A stretch of DNA of 38,286 nucleotides from Myxococcota bacterium (GCA_036229005.1 JAZAMN010000027.1:1-38286), one strand, 5' to 3'; counted from the first letter of the stretch, positions 10,112 to 20,845 are shown. Notes: generated from the letters alone by a model not told the origin. Numbers and translations are program-made.

Positions 10112-10723
10112 ATGTCGATTGTGCATGTCGTGGACGATGATCCGACGATCCGGACCTTTCTGCAGAAGCTCCTTGAAGGCAAGGGCTTCGAGGTCCTCGT
10201 CCACGAGTCCGCCGAGAGCCTGCTGGAGTCTGCTCGCAGCGGGAGCCGGGGCGTCGTCCTCCTGGACGTCCACATGCCTGGCGGGCTGAGCGGCTTGCAG
10301 CTCCTGGACAAGCACCGACCCGATCCCATCTGGATGCCGGTGATGATCCTCACGGGCCACGCCAACGTGGACATGGCCGTGCAGGCCATGCGCGCTGGCG
10401 CGGACGACATGCTCGAGAAGCCCGTCGTGCCCGAGCAGCTCTTCAAGCGCCTGGCCCCCCTGATGGAGGACGAGGAGCGGCGCCACAACCTGCGCGGCGA
10501 GCGCCTGGAGATGAAGGAGTGCATCGCCCAGCTCACCCCCCGGGAGACCGAGGTGATGGCTCTGCTCTTCAAGGGCCTCACCAACAAGGACATCGGCTTG
10601 GCCCTGGGGATCTCCCCCCGCACCGCCGAGGTCCACCGCGGCCGCGTGCTCAACAAGACCATGTCCGACGGCGTGACCGATCTCGTGCGTCAGCTCATGC
10701 GCTTGGGCCTCGCCCCCGAATAG
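10112..10723 (+). CDS. FixJ/LuxR-family response regulator
   Basis: GGAGG RBS; VVDDD, LLDVHMP, LTGH, EKP receiver motifs; LTPRE...NKDIG...[13 protein letters not shown]. Confidence 0.92.
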   Translation: MSIVHVVDDDPTIRTFLQKLLEGKGFEVLVHESAESLLESARSGSRGVVLLDVHMPGGLSGLQLLDKHRPDPIWMPVMILTGHANVDMAVQAMRAGADDMLEKPVVPEQLFKRLAPLMEDEERRHNLRGERLEMKECIAQLTPRETEVMALLFKGLTNKDIGLALGISPRTAEVHRGRVLNKTMSDGVTDLVRQLMRLGLAPE

Positions 10724-10817
10724 AGGGCGTCCAGGTAAGGCCCGAGTGAGGGGCTCCGACCAGCTCTGGCGGGGGGCATACAGCCTGATAGGGGAGGGGG
10801 GCCACAGGAGTCTCCCG

Positions 10818-13800
10818 ATGTCCCCCGCTGCGCCCTACGTGCCCCAGAACCACGTCCGCCTCGTCACGGCTGCGTCGCTCTTTGATGGCCACGACGCCGC
10901 CATCAACATCATGCGGCGCATCCTCCAGGCCTCCGGGGCCGAGGTGATCCACCTGGGCCACAACCGCTCGGTGCAGGAGATCGTGGACTGCGCGATCCAG
11001 GAGGACGCCCAGGGCATCGCGATCACCTCCTACCAGGGCGGCCACGTCGAGTACTTCAAGTACATGGTCGACCTGCTGGCCCAGCGCGGCGCGGACATCA
11101 AGGTCTTTGGCGGCGGCGGCGGCACCATTCTGCCCACCGAGATCCAGGAGCTCCACGACTACGGCGTCGCGCGGATCTACAGCCCCGACGACGGCCGCTC
11201 CATGGGCCTGCAGGGCATGATCAACGATCTGCTCTCCCAGTGCGACTTCGCCACCCGCACCCCCGATTCCCTGTCCCCCGCGCTGGCCGGCCTGCAGGAG
11301 CGGGACCCCCAGAAGCTGGGCGCGCTGATCTCCATCGCCGAGAACCTCCCTGCGGCCCGCGAGCAGCTCCGCGCTGAGCTCGCCGCCCACGACAGCCAGG
11401 CCCCCGTGCTGGGCATCACCGGCACCGGCGGCGCCGGCAAGTCCTCCCTGGTCGACGAGCTGATCCGCCGCTTCCTGCTCAACTTCCCCGACAAGCACCT
11501 GGCCGTGCTGTCCATCGACCCCTCCAAGCGGCGCTCCGGCGGCGCGCTGCTGGGCGATCGCATCCGCATGAACGCCGTGGACACCCCCCGCGTCTACATG
11601 CGCTCGCTGGCCACCCGCCAGGCCAACCTGTCCATCTCCGAGCACGTCCAGGACAGCATCTCCATCTGCAAGGCCGCCGGCTTCGACCTGGTGATCGTGG
11701 AGACCTCCGGCATCGGCCAGTCCGACACCCAGATCGTCGATCACGCGGATCTGACCCTCTACGTGATGACCAGCGAGTACGGCGCCGCCACCCAGCTCGA
11801 GAAGATCGACATGCTCGACTTCGCCGACGTGGTCGCCATCAACAAGTTCGACAAGCGCGGCTCCGAAGACGCCCTGCGCGACGTGCGCAAGCAGCTCCGG
11901 CGCAACCGCATGCAGTTCCACGGGCCCGACAGCGAGCTCCCGGTCTACGGCACGATCGCCAGCCAGTTCGCGGATCCCGGGGTCGACAGACTGTTCTCCT
12001 CGCTGATGGGGCAGATCGCCGACAAGACTGGGGCGCCGTTGGGTGTCCAAGCGGTGCAGGCTGGTGACTCCAAGCGCCGTCACCTCCTCCCCCCTGAGCG
12101 GACCCGCTATCTGGCCGAGATCTGTGACACGGTCGACGCCTACAAGGCCCACCAGGACCGGCAGGTCTCCCTGGCGAGGACGCTCTATGCCCTCCACGGC
12201 ACCTTGCAGCACCTCCTGAGCCGGCAGCTCCCTGGATGCTTGCCAGAGCTCCCGTCCACCGGCGAGGAACTGTCGGGTGCAGCCGCCGAGCTGGCCGCCC
12301 AGTACCGTGAGCTGCGCGGCCGCATGGACCACCGCAGCCGCGCGCTGCTGGAGGAGTGGCCCCAGGTCCAGGAGCGCTACGCGGCGAAGGAGTTCGTGTT
12401 CCAGGTGCGCGGTCGCGAGCTGCGCCAGCCCCTGACCACCACGTCCCTGTCGGGGACCGAGCTGCCCCGCGTGACCCTGCCCCGCTACCAGGACTGGGGC
12501 GACATCCTGGCCTGGCGGATGCAGGAGAACCTGCCTGGCAGCTTCCCCTACACCGCCGGCGTGTTCCCCCTCAAGCGTCAGGGCGAGGACCCCGCCCGCA
12601 TGTTCGCAGGGGAGGGTGGCCCCGAGCGCACCAACCGGCGCTTCCACTACCTGTCCAAGGGCATGCCGGCCAAGCGCCTGAGCACGGCCTTTGACAGCGT
12701 GACGCTCTACGGCGAGGACCCCGACCACCGACCCGACATCTACGGCAAGGTGGGCAACTCGGGCGTGTCCATCGCGAACCTGGACGACGCCAAGAAGCTC
12801 TACTCGGGCTTTGACCTGGCGGACAAGAGCACCTCGGTGTCCATGACCATCAACGGGCCGGCGCCCATGGTGCTGGGCTTCTTCCTGAACGCCGCGATCG
12901 ACCAGGGCTGCGAGAAGTTCATCCGCCAGCAGGGAATGGAGGCCGAGATCGAGGCCAAGATCGCGGCGATCTACGCGGCCAAGGGCATCGAGCGGCCCCG
13001 CTACCAGGGGGAGCTCCCGGAAGGCAACGACGGCCTGGGCCTGATGCTGCTGGGGGTCTGCGGCCACGAGGTGCTGGACGCTGAGACCTACGAGCGCATC
13101 AAGGCCGAGACCCTGACGCGGGTGCGCGGGACCGTGCAGGCCGACATCCTCAAGGAGGACCAGGCCCAGAACACCTGCATCTTCTCCACCGAGTTCGCTC
13201 TACGGATGATGGGGGACATCCAGCAGTACTTCATCGACCACGGGGTGCGGAACTTCTACTCGGTGTCCATCAGCGGGTACCACATCGCCGAGGCTGGAGC
13301 GAACCCCATCAGCCAGCTCGCCTTCACCCTGGCCAACGGCTTCACCTTCGTGGAGTACTACCTGAGCCGGGGCATGGACGTGGACGCCTTCGCGCCCAAC
13401 CTGAGCTTCTTCTTCTCCAACGGCATGGACCCCGAGTACGCGGTGCTGGGCCGCGTCGCGCGCCGGATCTGGGCCAAGGCCATGCGCGAGAAGTACGGGG
13501 CGAACGCCCGCTCTCAGAAGCTCAAGTACCACATCCAGACCAGCGGCCGGTCGCTGCACGCGCAGGAGATCGCCTTCAACGACATCCGGACCACGCTGCA
13601 GGCGCTGTACGCGCTCAACGACAACTGCAACAGCCTGCACACCAACGCGTACGACGAGGCCATCACCACCCCGACCGAGGAGTCGGTGCGGCGGGCCCTG
13701 GCCATCCAGCTCATCATCAACAAGGAGCTGGGGCTGTCCAAGAACGAGAACCCCATCCAGGGCAGCTTCGCGGTGGAGTGGCTGACCGACGCGGTCGAGG

Positions 13801-14225
13801 CCGCCGTGCTCGAGGAGTTCCGGCGCATCTCGGACCGCGGGGGCGTGCTGGGCGCGATGGAGCGCATGTACCAGCGCTCCAAGATCCAGGAGGAGAGCCT
13901 GTACTACGAGGGGCTCAAGCACTCCGGGGAGCTGCCGGTCGTGGGCGTGAACACCTTCTTGGACGAGAAGGGCTCGCCGACCATCATCCCCAGCGAGGTC
14001 ATCCGCGCGACGACCGACGAGAAGGACTACGCGATCCGCTCCCGGGATGCCTTCCAGGCGCGGAACCAGCAGGCCGCCGAGCAGGCGCTGGCGGAGCTCC
14101 AGCGGGTGGCGTTGGCCGGTGAGAACACCTTCGACGCGCTGATGGCGGCCACCCAGGTGTGCACGCTGGGGCAGCTCTCCAGCGCGCTGTATCAGGTGGG
14201 TGGGCAGTATCGGCGGAATATGTAA
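10818..14225 (+). CDS. icmF: Fused isobutyryl-CoA mutase/MeaI GTPase
   Basis: B12-binding [13 protein letters not shown], GTPase [12 protein letters not shown] and NKFD, mutase barrel [18 protein letters not shown]-terminal GGQYRRNM. Confidence 0.95.
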   Translation: MSPAAPYVPQNHVRLVTAASLFDGHDAAINIMRRILQASGAEVIHLGHNRSVQEIVDCAIQEDAQGIAITSYQGGHVEYFKYMVDLLAQRGADIKVFGGGGGTILPTEIQELHDYGVARIYSPDDGRSMGLQGMINDLLSQCDFATRTPDSLSPALAGLQERDPQKLGALISIAENLPAAREQLRAELAAHDSQAPVLGITGTGGAGKSSLVDELIRRFLLNFPDKHLAVLSIDPSKRRSGGALLGDRIRMNAVDTPRVYMRSLATRQANLSISEHVQDSISICKAAGFDLVIVETSGIGQSDTQIVDHADLTLYVMTSEYGAATQLEKIDMLDFADVVAINKFDKRGSEDALRDVRKQLRRNRMQFHGPDSELPVYGTIASQFADPGVDRLFSSLMGQIADKTGAPLGVQAVQAGDSKRRHLLPPERTRYLAEICDTVDAYKAHQDRQVSLARTLYALHGTLQHLLSRQLPGCLPELPSTGEELSGAAAELAAQYRELRGRMDHRSRALLEEWPQVQERYAAKEFVFQVRGRELRQPLTTTSLSGTELPRVTLPRYQDWGDILAWRMQENLPGSFPYTAGVFPLKRQGEDPARMFAGEGGPERTNRRFHYLSKGMPAKRLSTAFDSVTLYGEDPDHRPDIYGKVGNSGVSIANLDDAKKLYSGFDLADKSTSVSMTINGPAPMVLGFFLNAAIDQGCEKFIRQQGMEAEIEAKIAAIYAAKGIERPRYQGELPEGNDGLGLMLLGVCGHEVLDAETYERIKAETLTRVRGTVQADILKEDQAQNTCIFSTEFALRMMGDIQQYFIDHGVRNFYSVSISGYHIAEAGANPISQLAFTLANGFTFVEYYLSRGMDVDAFAPNLSFFFSNGMDPEYAVLGRVARRIWAKAMREKYGANARSQKLKYHIQTSGRSLHAQEIAFNDIRTTLQALYALNDNCNSLHTNAYDEAITTPTEESVRRALAIQLIINKELGLSKNENPIQGSFAVEWLTDAVEAAVLEEFRRISDRGGVLGAMERMYQRSKIQEESLYYEGLKHSGELPVVGVNTFLDEKGSPTIIPSEVIRATTDEKDYAIRSRDAFQARNQQAAEQALAELQRVALAGENTFDALMAATQVCTLGQLSSALYQVGGQYRRNM

Positions 14226-14470
14226 CGTCGATTCACAGAACCGGACCGACCGGTCCGGTTCTTGAATCTGACGGGCGTCGATTCGCGGTACGGCGCCAAC
14301 GGCGTCGTGCCCGAATCTGACGAGTGTCGATTCACAGAACCGGACCGACCGGTCCGGTTCTTGAATCTGACGAGCGTCGATTCGCGGTACGTCGCGAACG
14401 GCGTCCTGCGCGAATCTGACGGACGTCGAGTCGCGGTACGTCGCCAACGGCGTCCTGCACGAATCTGACG
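14226..14470. repeat. Array of five CGTC-tagged palindromic (REP/BIME-like) units in order A-B-A-B-B
   Basis: 47-48 bp units (C/T)GTCGA(T/G)TC...GAATCTGACG at 14226, 14276, 14325, 14375, 14424 with 2-nt linkers; type A core AGAACCGGACCG-AC-CGGTCCGGTTCT is a perfect inverted repeat. Confidence 0.9.
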
Positions 14471-14475
14471 GGCCG

Positions 14476-14515
14476 CCTGGGGCGCCGGAGCACCAGCTCC
14501 GGTCACCTCACCAGG
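14476..14515. terminator. GC-rich hairpin between convergent genes, possible terminator
   Basis: CCGGAGC-ACCA-GCTCCGG stem (14485-14502) enclosed by CCTGG/CCAGG; no clear U-tract. Confidence 0.35.
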
Positions 14516-14530
14516 AGTGTTGAGGGGTTG

Positions 14531-16462
14531 CTATTCGCACCCCTCCTCATCACAAGAGAAGCTCACGTCGTCCCCGTAGTCGTAGGAGTCGCTGAGGATC
14601 TCGATGTCGCTGGGGCTGTTGTCGTCGCCGCCAGCCTCGGTGCCGAAATCGCAGGTGGTCGACGTGAAGCTGGCCTGGCTGCCGTCGGTGGAGAAGCGCA
14701 CAGCCCCACCTCGCTGGTCGGCCTCGTTCCCTACAAAGCCCGCGCTCACCGAGGAGCTGGTGGCGGTGCAGGTGACGGTGGATCCACCATTCAGCCACAG
14801 GCCCCCTCCACGGTTGGCGACGTTGTCGTGGACCAGCACGTCCTGGAGGCTGAGCACGCGGCTGTCCGCGACGTCGTAGGTGTCGGAGAAGCCGATGACC
14901 TCGAAGGCGCCGCCGTCCTCGTCTGCCTCGTTGTAGCCGACCGTGCCGTCGACCAGCTCGAGAGAGCCCTCGGTCAGGTAGACCGCGCCGCCGTCCTCCC
15001 AGGCCCAGCCCTCGCTGAGCTCGAAGTCGCTGAGGCTCAGGCTGCACTCGTCGCTGAGGTAGACCAGGCCGCCCTGGACGGTGGCGATGCCGTCGTTGAT
15101 CACGACGTCGCTGCCGCTGATGTCGGCCATCGCGTCACAGCGGATGCCGCCGCCCTTGCGGGCCTTGCCGCGCTGCAGGGTCACGCCGTCCAGGGTGACC
15201 ACCACGTTGTCGCGGTTGACGTGCAGGTTGGAGCCGCGCTTGCCGGCGTCCAGGACCGTGGTCTCGGAGCCGTTGCCGACGATGTCCAGGTCGTAGGAGG
15301 TCTTGATGGTGACGTACCAGGTGCCGCCGCAGACCTCCAGGGTGCCGTGCTCCTTGGGCTTCCAGCTCGCGGGGGCCTTGTCGGCGCCGGCCGCGAAGTT
15401 GGTGGTCAGGTCGGTGAGGGTGCCGCTCTTGTCGCCCAGGAAGCCGACCGTGCCCTCTTCGGAGGTGCTGCTGTCGCAGTCGTTGTCCAGCCCGTCGCAG
15501 GTCTCGGGGGCGCCGGGGTAGATGTTCTTGTTGTAGTCGATGCAGTCGCTGTCATCGAGGACGTAGCCGCTGGGCTGCTCGCAGCTATAGTCGATCACCG
15601 TCGAGTCGCCGTAGCCGTCGCCGTCGTAGTCCACCCACCAGACGGTGTCGGGGTTGTAGAAGGCGTCCTGGTCGTCGCAGTCCTCGCCGTCCTTGACGTA
15701 CTCGCTGCCCGGGGTCTGGCAGGAGAGCATCTCGGTGGCCGGGTCGCCGTAGCCGTCGCCGTCCGCGTCGACGTACCAGCTCTCGCGGTCCACCGCGTCC
15801 TCTCCGTCGACCACGCCGTCACAGTTGTTGTCGACGTGGTCGCAGACCTCGTCCATGCCGGGGTTGATCTCGGGGTAGAGATCCTTGCAGTCGCCGGCCT
15901 GGGAGGTGTAGCCCTCGGGCGCCACGCAGGCCTCGACGACGTTGGTGCTGTTGCCGTAGCCGTCCAGATCCTGGTCCTGGTAGAAGAGCTGCACGTCGCT
16001 GCTGCCGTTGTCGAGCTGGCCGTCGCAGTCGTTGTCGACGCCGTCGCAGATCTCCTCGGCCGCGGGGTTGCGGGCCGGATCGTGATCGGCGCAGTCTTCG
16101 TCGATCCCGTAGCCGTCGCCGTCCAGATCATCGTCGATGGTGCTGGGATCGCAGTCGTCGTCCTTGCCGTTGTAGACGACCTCGGTGCGGCCAGGGTTCA
16201 CCTTGCTGTCCTGATCGTCGCAGTCGTCGGCCAGCAAGAAGCCGTCGCTGTCCAGATCGTCGTCCAGAGTGCGGGCGTCGCAGTCGTTGTCGACGCCGTC
16301 GTAGACGATCTCCTCGACGTTCGGATTCACCTCGGGGTCGGCGTCGTTGCAGTCTTCCCCCTCGGTGAAGCCGTCGCCATCTGCGTCGACGGCGACCGGA
16401 GCGGTGTCCTCGACGATGGGTTCTTTGTCGCACGCCAGTGCGAGCAGAAGCAGCATGGACAT
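14531..16462 (-). CDS. Lipoprotein with MopE-type putative metal-binding repeats and C-terminal beta-helix (Pmp/pectin lyase-like) domain
   Basis: Lipobox LALAC; repeated DxDGDG...DCxD...NP...E.CDG.DNDCDG; C-terminal GGAVY/GGAF/GGGLW repeats. Confidence 0.85.
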   Translation of the reverse strand: MSMLLLLALACDKEPIVEDTAPVAVDADGDGFTEGEDCNDADPEVNPNVEEIVYDGVDNDCDARTLDDDLDSDGFLLADDCDDQDSKVNPGRTEVVYNGKDDDCDPSTIDDDLDGDGYGIDEDCADHDPARNPAAEEICDGVDNDCDGQLDNGSSDVQLFYQDQDLDGYGNSTNVVEACVAPEGYTSQAGDCKDLYPEINPGMDEVCDHVDNNCDGVVDGEDAVDRESWYVDADGDGYGDPATEMLSCQTPGSEYVKDGEDCDDQDAFYNPDTVWWVDYDGDGYGDSTVIDYSCEQPSGYVLDDSDCIDYNKNIYPGAPETCDGLDNDCDSSTSEEGTVGFLGDKSGTLTDLTTNFAAGADKAPASWKPKEHGTLEVCGGTWYVTIKTSYDLDIVGNGSETTVLDAGKRGSNLHVNRDNVVVTLDGVTLQRGKARKGGGIRCDAMADISGSDVVINDGIATVQGGLVYLSDECSLSLSDFELSEGWAWEDGGAVYLTEGSLELVDGTVGYNEADEDGGAFEVIGFSDTYDVADSRVLSLQDVLVHDNVANRGGGLWLNGGSTVTCTATSSSVSAGFVGNEADQRGGAVRFSTDGSQASFTSTTCDFGTEAGGDDNSPSDIEILSDSYDYGDDVSFSCDEEGCE

Positions 16463-16556
16463 AAGGGGCCTCCCTGACTTTTGTCCTCTCTTTTACCTCA
16501 GCGCGCTGCGCTCTGCTGAGAGATGAGAGGGGATCGGGACCCCTGACCTCCGGATC

Positions 16557-17456
16557 TCAGAGGTCGGCGATGTCCTGGAGGATCCACGGGCCGTTCTGGA
16601 CCACCGAGGGCTTGGGCAGCACAATCGTCTCGTTGGACAGCCGGATGGCGCTGCCGCTGCTGTCGGTCGACAGGGTGACCCAGCTCCCGGACATGAACGC
16701 TTCGTAGACGAACCCGTAGTTGTACTCCCCGGCGGTGGACGACAGGCGGCCGGTGCTGCTGTGGCTCCAGCCGTAGTAGCCGCCGTACACATAGGGGGCC
16801 CAGTCGGCGTCCCAGTTCTGTCCGTCGGCCTCGACGGCGGTCTGGAGGTCGGACTCCAGGGCGCTGAGGGGGCCGATGCCTACGCCCCAGCGCATGTCCT
16901 CCAGGTAGCCACCGGGGGTGCTGTCGCCCCAGACGCTGGCGTCCATGCCGGCGCAGTCGGTGCCCAGCTCGCTGAGGCTGACCTCCTGGCTGTAGAGCAT
17001 GTCGCCCTGGCCCATGTCGTCGGCGCCCAGCTCGGTGATCCCGCCCACCCAGCTACAGGCGTAGCTGGTGTCGCCGCTGGTGAAGTATTCGGCCTCGTAG
17101 AAGACGATGTTGACGTAGGCCTGGGACCTGCCGCTGTTGCCGTCGTCCCAGCCCACGTAGTTGCCGTCGAAGCCGGTCGTGAGGGCCAGGCTCCAGTAGT
17201 CGGGCTCGAAGGTGACCGGGTCGGCGTCGGCGTCGCTGTCGGAGTCCGCGTCGCTGTCGGCGTCGGAGTCCGCGTCGCTGTCGGAATCGGAGTCCGAGTC
17301 GGCGTCGCTGTCCGAGTCGGAGTCGGCGTCCGCGTCGGTGTCGGCGTCTCCGTCGACAAGCCAGGTGTCCTCGCTGGTGGAGCGGTCTCCAAAGGAGCAG
17401 GCCAGGGCCAGCGAGGCGAAGGTGGTGAGGACGAAGCTGAGGGGTAGACGGCGCAT
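16557..17456 (-). CDS. Secreted lipoprotein with DADAD/SD low-complexity linker (paralog 1)
   Basis: ATG at 17456 after GGAG; lipobox LALAC; DADADSDSDS tract; C-terminal domain shares YEA.YF..GD..Y.C.W.G with neighbour. Confidence 0.8.
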   Translation of the reverse strand: MRRLPLSFVLTTFASLALACSFGDRSTSEDTWLVDGDADTDADADSDSDSDADSDSDSDSDADSDADSDADSDSDADADPVTFEPDYWSLALTTGFDGNYVGWDDGNSGRSQAYVNIVFYEAEYFTSGDTSYACSWVGGITELGADDMGQGDMLYSQEVSLSELGTDCAGMDASVWGDSTPGGYLEDMRWGVGIGPLSALESDLQTAVEADGQNWDADWAPYVYGGYYGWSHSSTGRLSSTAGEYNYGFVYEAFMSGSWVTLSTDSSGSAIRLSNETIVLPKPSVVQNGPWILQDIADL

Positions 17457-17524
17457 GCTCTTCTCCCGAGGGGGCTCCACGGGTACCCCCGGACAGAGGG
17501 GGCCGCAAGCCCCCCCTGGGAGAC

Positions 17525-18430
17525 CTACTCGCCGGTGAAGTTGGTGGTGTAGGGGAGGTACCAGGCGAGGCCCTGGAGGAAGGCGGCGCCCGGGAGCTTG
17601 GTGGCGGTCCCCAGGGTGAGCTGCACGGCGTAGCCGTCGGAGTCCTCAACAAGGCTCATGTCGCTGGGCTTGACCTCGAAGCCCATGGCGTAGCCGTAGT
17701 CGGAGACGCTCTCGGAGTCGGCGAAGCTGGTGCTCGCGCTGTCGGTGAAGCCCAGGTAGTAGGAGAAGGTGTAGGGCTCGAAGTCGGTCTCCCAGTCGTA
17801 GCCGGCGGAGTTCACGGCGCTCTCCAGGGAGGGACCCACGTTGTCGCCCAGGGGCCCCCAGCCCAGACCCCAGCGGATGCTCTCGAAGGCCTTGCTCGGG
17901 GTGGTGGAGCCCCAGCGGGTGCTGTCGAAGCCGGTGCAGTCCGTCGAGGCCTCGGCGAACTCGAGCTCCGAGCCGTACCAGAGGTCGGACAGGCCGAGAT
18001 CGTCGGTGCCGACCTCGTAGATGTAGCCGTTCCAGGTGCAGGAGTAGCGGTCGTCGCCGGCGTCGAAGTAGGCGGCCTCGTAGATGGTGATGGAGACCCA
18101 GGGGGCGGTGGTGCTGCCGTCGGTGCCGGTCCAGGAGACCAGGGCGCCGTCCTGGTAGCCGCTGTAGAAGGCGAACCCGGCCGCGTAGTCGTCGAAGTCG
18201 GCGTCCGCGTCGGAGTCGGAGTCGCTGTCCGAGTCGGAGTCTGCGTCGGAGTCGCTGTCGGCGTCCGAGTCGGCGTCGGAGTCGCTGTCCGTGTCGGAGT
18301 CGGCGTCCGCGTCGGCGTCCGCGTCGGTCTCGTCGACCAGCCAGGTGTCATCAGCGGTCTCGCCGCCAGCGCAGGCGAGGCTGAGGACGATGGAGGTTCC
18401 AAGGACAAAGGGAAGGGCAAAGCGGCGCAT
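17525..18430 (-). CDS. Secreted lipoprotein with DADAD/SD low-complexity linker (paralog 2)
   Basis: ATG at 18430 after GGAG; lipobox LSLAC; DADADSDTDS tract; homologous to 16557-17456. Confidence 0.8.
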   Translation of the reverse strand: MRRFALPFVLGTSIVLSLACAGGETADDTWLVDETDADADADADSDTDSDSDADSDADSDSDADSDSDSDSDSDADADFDDYAAGFAFYSGYQDGALVSWTGTDGSTTAPWVSITIYEAAYFDAGDDRYSCTWNGYIYEVGTDDLGLSDLWYGSELEFAEASTDCTGFDSTRWGSTTPSKAFESIRWGLGWGPLGDNVGPSLESAVNSAGYDWETDFEPYTFSYYLGFTDSASTSFADSESVSDYGYAMGFEVKPSDMSLVEDSDGYAVQLTLGTATKLPGAAFLQGLAWYLPYTTNFTGE

Positions 18431-18545
18431 TCGGTCTCCAGACGCTGTCAGGGGAGTACCTCGAATTGTCAGCGCTGCGCAACACGAATGCGGCGACATT
18501 GCTTAGAGAGCCCCACAGGCGCGACAATGGCCCCTGGAGGTCCCT

Positions 18546-19841
18546 CTGCCCCGCGAAGATCAGCGAATCGGCCCCTTCCGTCTCATCAGCCTTCTGGAGG
18601 AGGGCGCGGGGGTGTCCCTGTGGTCGGCGCGGCGGGACGACGGGACGCAGAAGGAGCCCCGTCTGGCGACCCTGCGCGTCGCGGACTCCCTGGGCGACAA
18701 GGAGGCCACCGAAGCTCTGCGCGCTGAGTACGAGGCCCTGCGCGTTGTGGACGACCCCCGCGTGCCAAAGCCGCTGGGCTTCTACGCGGGGCAGGGGGCT
18801 CTGGCCATGGCGCAGCGCCCCGGGATGTCCCTCAAGGTCGTGCTGCTGGAGGTGCAGGAGGGGACCATCGCGCTCTCGCCAGCCACGGTGTTGGACCTGG
18901 CGCTGGAGATCGCCCACGCGGTGCGGGCGGTGCACGCCGTCCTGCTGGAGGGGGACCAGCGGATCGCCCACGGTCACCTCGGGCCGGGACGGATCTGGCT
19001 GACAACGGACGGCGAAGTCCAGGTCCTGGGGGTGGGGGCCCGCCTGGAGAGCGCCCAGAGCACCCTCCCTCCCGAACGCCTGGAGGGCGCCCCGCCCAGC
19101 ACCCTGGGGGACCAGTGGCAGCAAGCCGCCATGCTCTTTGAGATGGTCACGCTGGAGCCGCTGTTCGCCGCCGAGCCGCGCCCGTCGGTCTCCGAGCGCC
19201 TGGAGGGCCTGGACCACGCCTACCCTGCGCTGGCCCGTGTCCTGCACCGCGCTCTGGCCGATGCCCCCGAGGACCGCTACCCCGTCGATCGCGAGTGGAT
19301 CCGCGCACTGCACGCCCTGCTCCGGGACAGCGTCGGGGTCTCGGAGCGCCGCGAGCTGCTCCCCAAGCTGCTGGCCAAGCGCAAGGCGCGCCGCGGTCCT
19401 TCGCCGTCCTCGCAGCTCCCCCCCGAGCCTCAGGGGCCGCCCCCCGGTGACCCCGAGCTGGTCGTGCCGCCGCCGCGCTCCACCGCCCCGCGCCTCAAGG
19501 TCGTGGAGGGCGGGAACGAGCCCACCGAGGACACCGGACCGCCCCCCGGACTGCGCCTGTCCCCGCCCGCCGCCGAGCTCCCCAACCCCCAGCGCCAGGC
19601 CCGCGCCGAGACCCGCGACTGGAAGGAGTTCGTGCCCCCCCTGGAGGACGAGCCGGACCCCACGCTGGTCCCCGAAGAGGACGACCCGGTCGTCGCCGCC
19701 CTGGCCGAGCCCGAGAAGCCGCCCCTGGTGCTCCCGGAAGAGGAGGGCAAGGGCCGCGAGCCCATCGAGATCCTGGCCATCGGGGCCATCGCCGCCCTGG
19801 TCGTGGCCGTCGTCTTCCTGCTCCTGGGGAACCTGGTTTGA
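18546..19841 (+). CDS. Membrane-anchored Ser/Thr kinase-like protein, probably a pseudokinase; probable CTG start
   Basis: IGPFRLISLLEEG subdomain I lies upstream of the GTG at 18612; HGHLGP replaces HRDLKP; no DFG; Pro-rich linker; C-terminal TM helix. Confidence 0.72.
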   Translation: MPREDQRIGPFRLISLLEEGAGVSLWSARRDDGTQKEPRLATLRVADSLGDKEATEALRAEYEALRVVDDPRVPKPLGFYAGQGALAMAQRPGMSLKVVLLEVQEGTIALSPATVLDLALEIAHAVRAVHAVLLEGDQRIAHGHLGPGRIWLTTDGEVQVLGVGARLESAQSTLPPERLEGAPPSTLGDQWQQAAMLFEMVTLEPLFAAEPRPSVSERLEGLDHAYPALARVLHRALADAPEDRYPVDREWIRALHALLRDSVGVSERRELLPKLLAKRKARRGPSPSSQLPPEPQGPPPGDPELVVPPPRSTAPRLKVVEGGNEPTEDTGPPPGLRLSPPAAELPNPQRQARAETRDWKEFVPPLEDEPDPTLVPEEDDPVVAALAEPEKPPLVLPEEEGKGREPIEILAIGAIAALVVAVVFLLLGNLV

Positions 19842-20845
19842 GCCTCCGCTGCCTGCCGCTGCGCAGCCCCACGCTGCCCCCCGCGACCCACACCAACTGC
19901 TACCTGCTGGGCCCCGACGATGCCCTGGTGGTCGTGGATCCCGCCTCACCCTATGCTCACGAGCAGGCCCGCCTGCAGGCCGAGATCGAGGCCACCGGGC
20001 AGGTCGCGGCCATCCTGCTCACCCACCACCACCACGACCACATCGGCGGGGTGGAGGCGCTGCGATCCTGGTGCTCGGCGCCTGTGTTGGCCCACCCCCT
20101 GACCGCCGACCGCGTGCCCTTCGCCGTGGATCGGCAGGTCAGCGAAGGCGAGGTCATCGGGGGCTTCACCCTGCTCCACACCCCCGGCCACGCCACCGGG
20201 CACCTGGTGCTCTGGAACCCCAAGACCCGCGATCTGGTCGCCGGAGACATGGTCGCGGGAGAGGGCACCATCGTGCTCGAGCCCCCCGAGGGCGACCTGG
20301 AGGACTACCTGCAGAGCCTGGAGCGCCTGGGCCGCCTGGGCGCCGAGCGCGTCCACCCCGCCCACGGCCCCGTGCTCGACTCCGGCGTCTTTCCCCACTA
20401 CATCGAGCACCGCAACGCGCGCTCGCAGCAGATCCGCCAGGCCCTCAGCGCCACCCCGCAGTCCCCCATGGACCTGGTCACGCTGGTCTACGGCGACACC
20501 ATCCCCCGGGCCGTCTACCCCCTGGCCGCCCGGCAGGTGCTCTGTCACCTCCAGTGGCTGGAGGGGCGCCGGCAGGCCCGCGAGCTGGACGAAGGCTGGG
20601 TGCACGTCCCGCCCCGCAACCGGGGGGTGCGCGAGGACTTCGACGACATGCTGGGAAGCGCCGCCACCGACCTGCGGGGCCTGCTGGGTCGCCGCAACCT
20701 GGAGGCCGTCGGCAGCGGCGCGCGCAAGGTCGCCGAGGGCCTCTCCGCGGTGGCCGGCGAGCTCTTCGACGTCGCGCTGGATCAGTCCGCCCGGCGGCGC
20801 ACCCGGCTCAGGGAGAAGGCCAGCCAGGACGACAGCGAGAGCTGA
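19838..20845 (+). CDS. MBL-fold metallo-hydrolase (LACTB2-like) with extra helical C-terminal extension
   Basis: THHHHDHIGG, HTPGHATGH, AGD, PAHG motifs; AARQVLCHL winged-helix-like tail. Confidence 0.88.
   Translation: MSLRCLPLRSPTLPPATHTNCYLLGPDDALVVVDPASPYAHEQARLQAEIEATGQVAAILLTHHHHDHIGGVEALRSWCSAPVLAHPLTADRVPFAVDRQVSEGEVIGGFTLLHTPGHATGHLVLWNPKTRDLVAGDMVAGEGTIVLEPPEGDLEDYLQSLERLGRLGAERVHPAHGPVLDSGVFPHYIEHRNARSQQIRQALSATPQSPMDLVTLVYGDTIPRAVYPLAARQVLCHLQWLEGRRQARELDEGWVHVPPRNRGVREDFDDMLGSAATDLRGLLGRRNLEAVGSGARKVAEGLSAVAGELFDVALDQSARRRTRLREKASQDDSES

Noticed and set aside
10724..10817. Cobalamin riboswitch before icmF
   Set aside because: Only 94 bp and no recognisable B12 box
14226..14470. 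CRISPR array (constant 22-nt junction with about 27-nt intervals)
   Set aside because: Intervals are repeated and palindromic rather than unique spacers; no leader or cas genes
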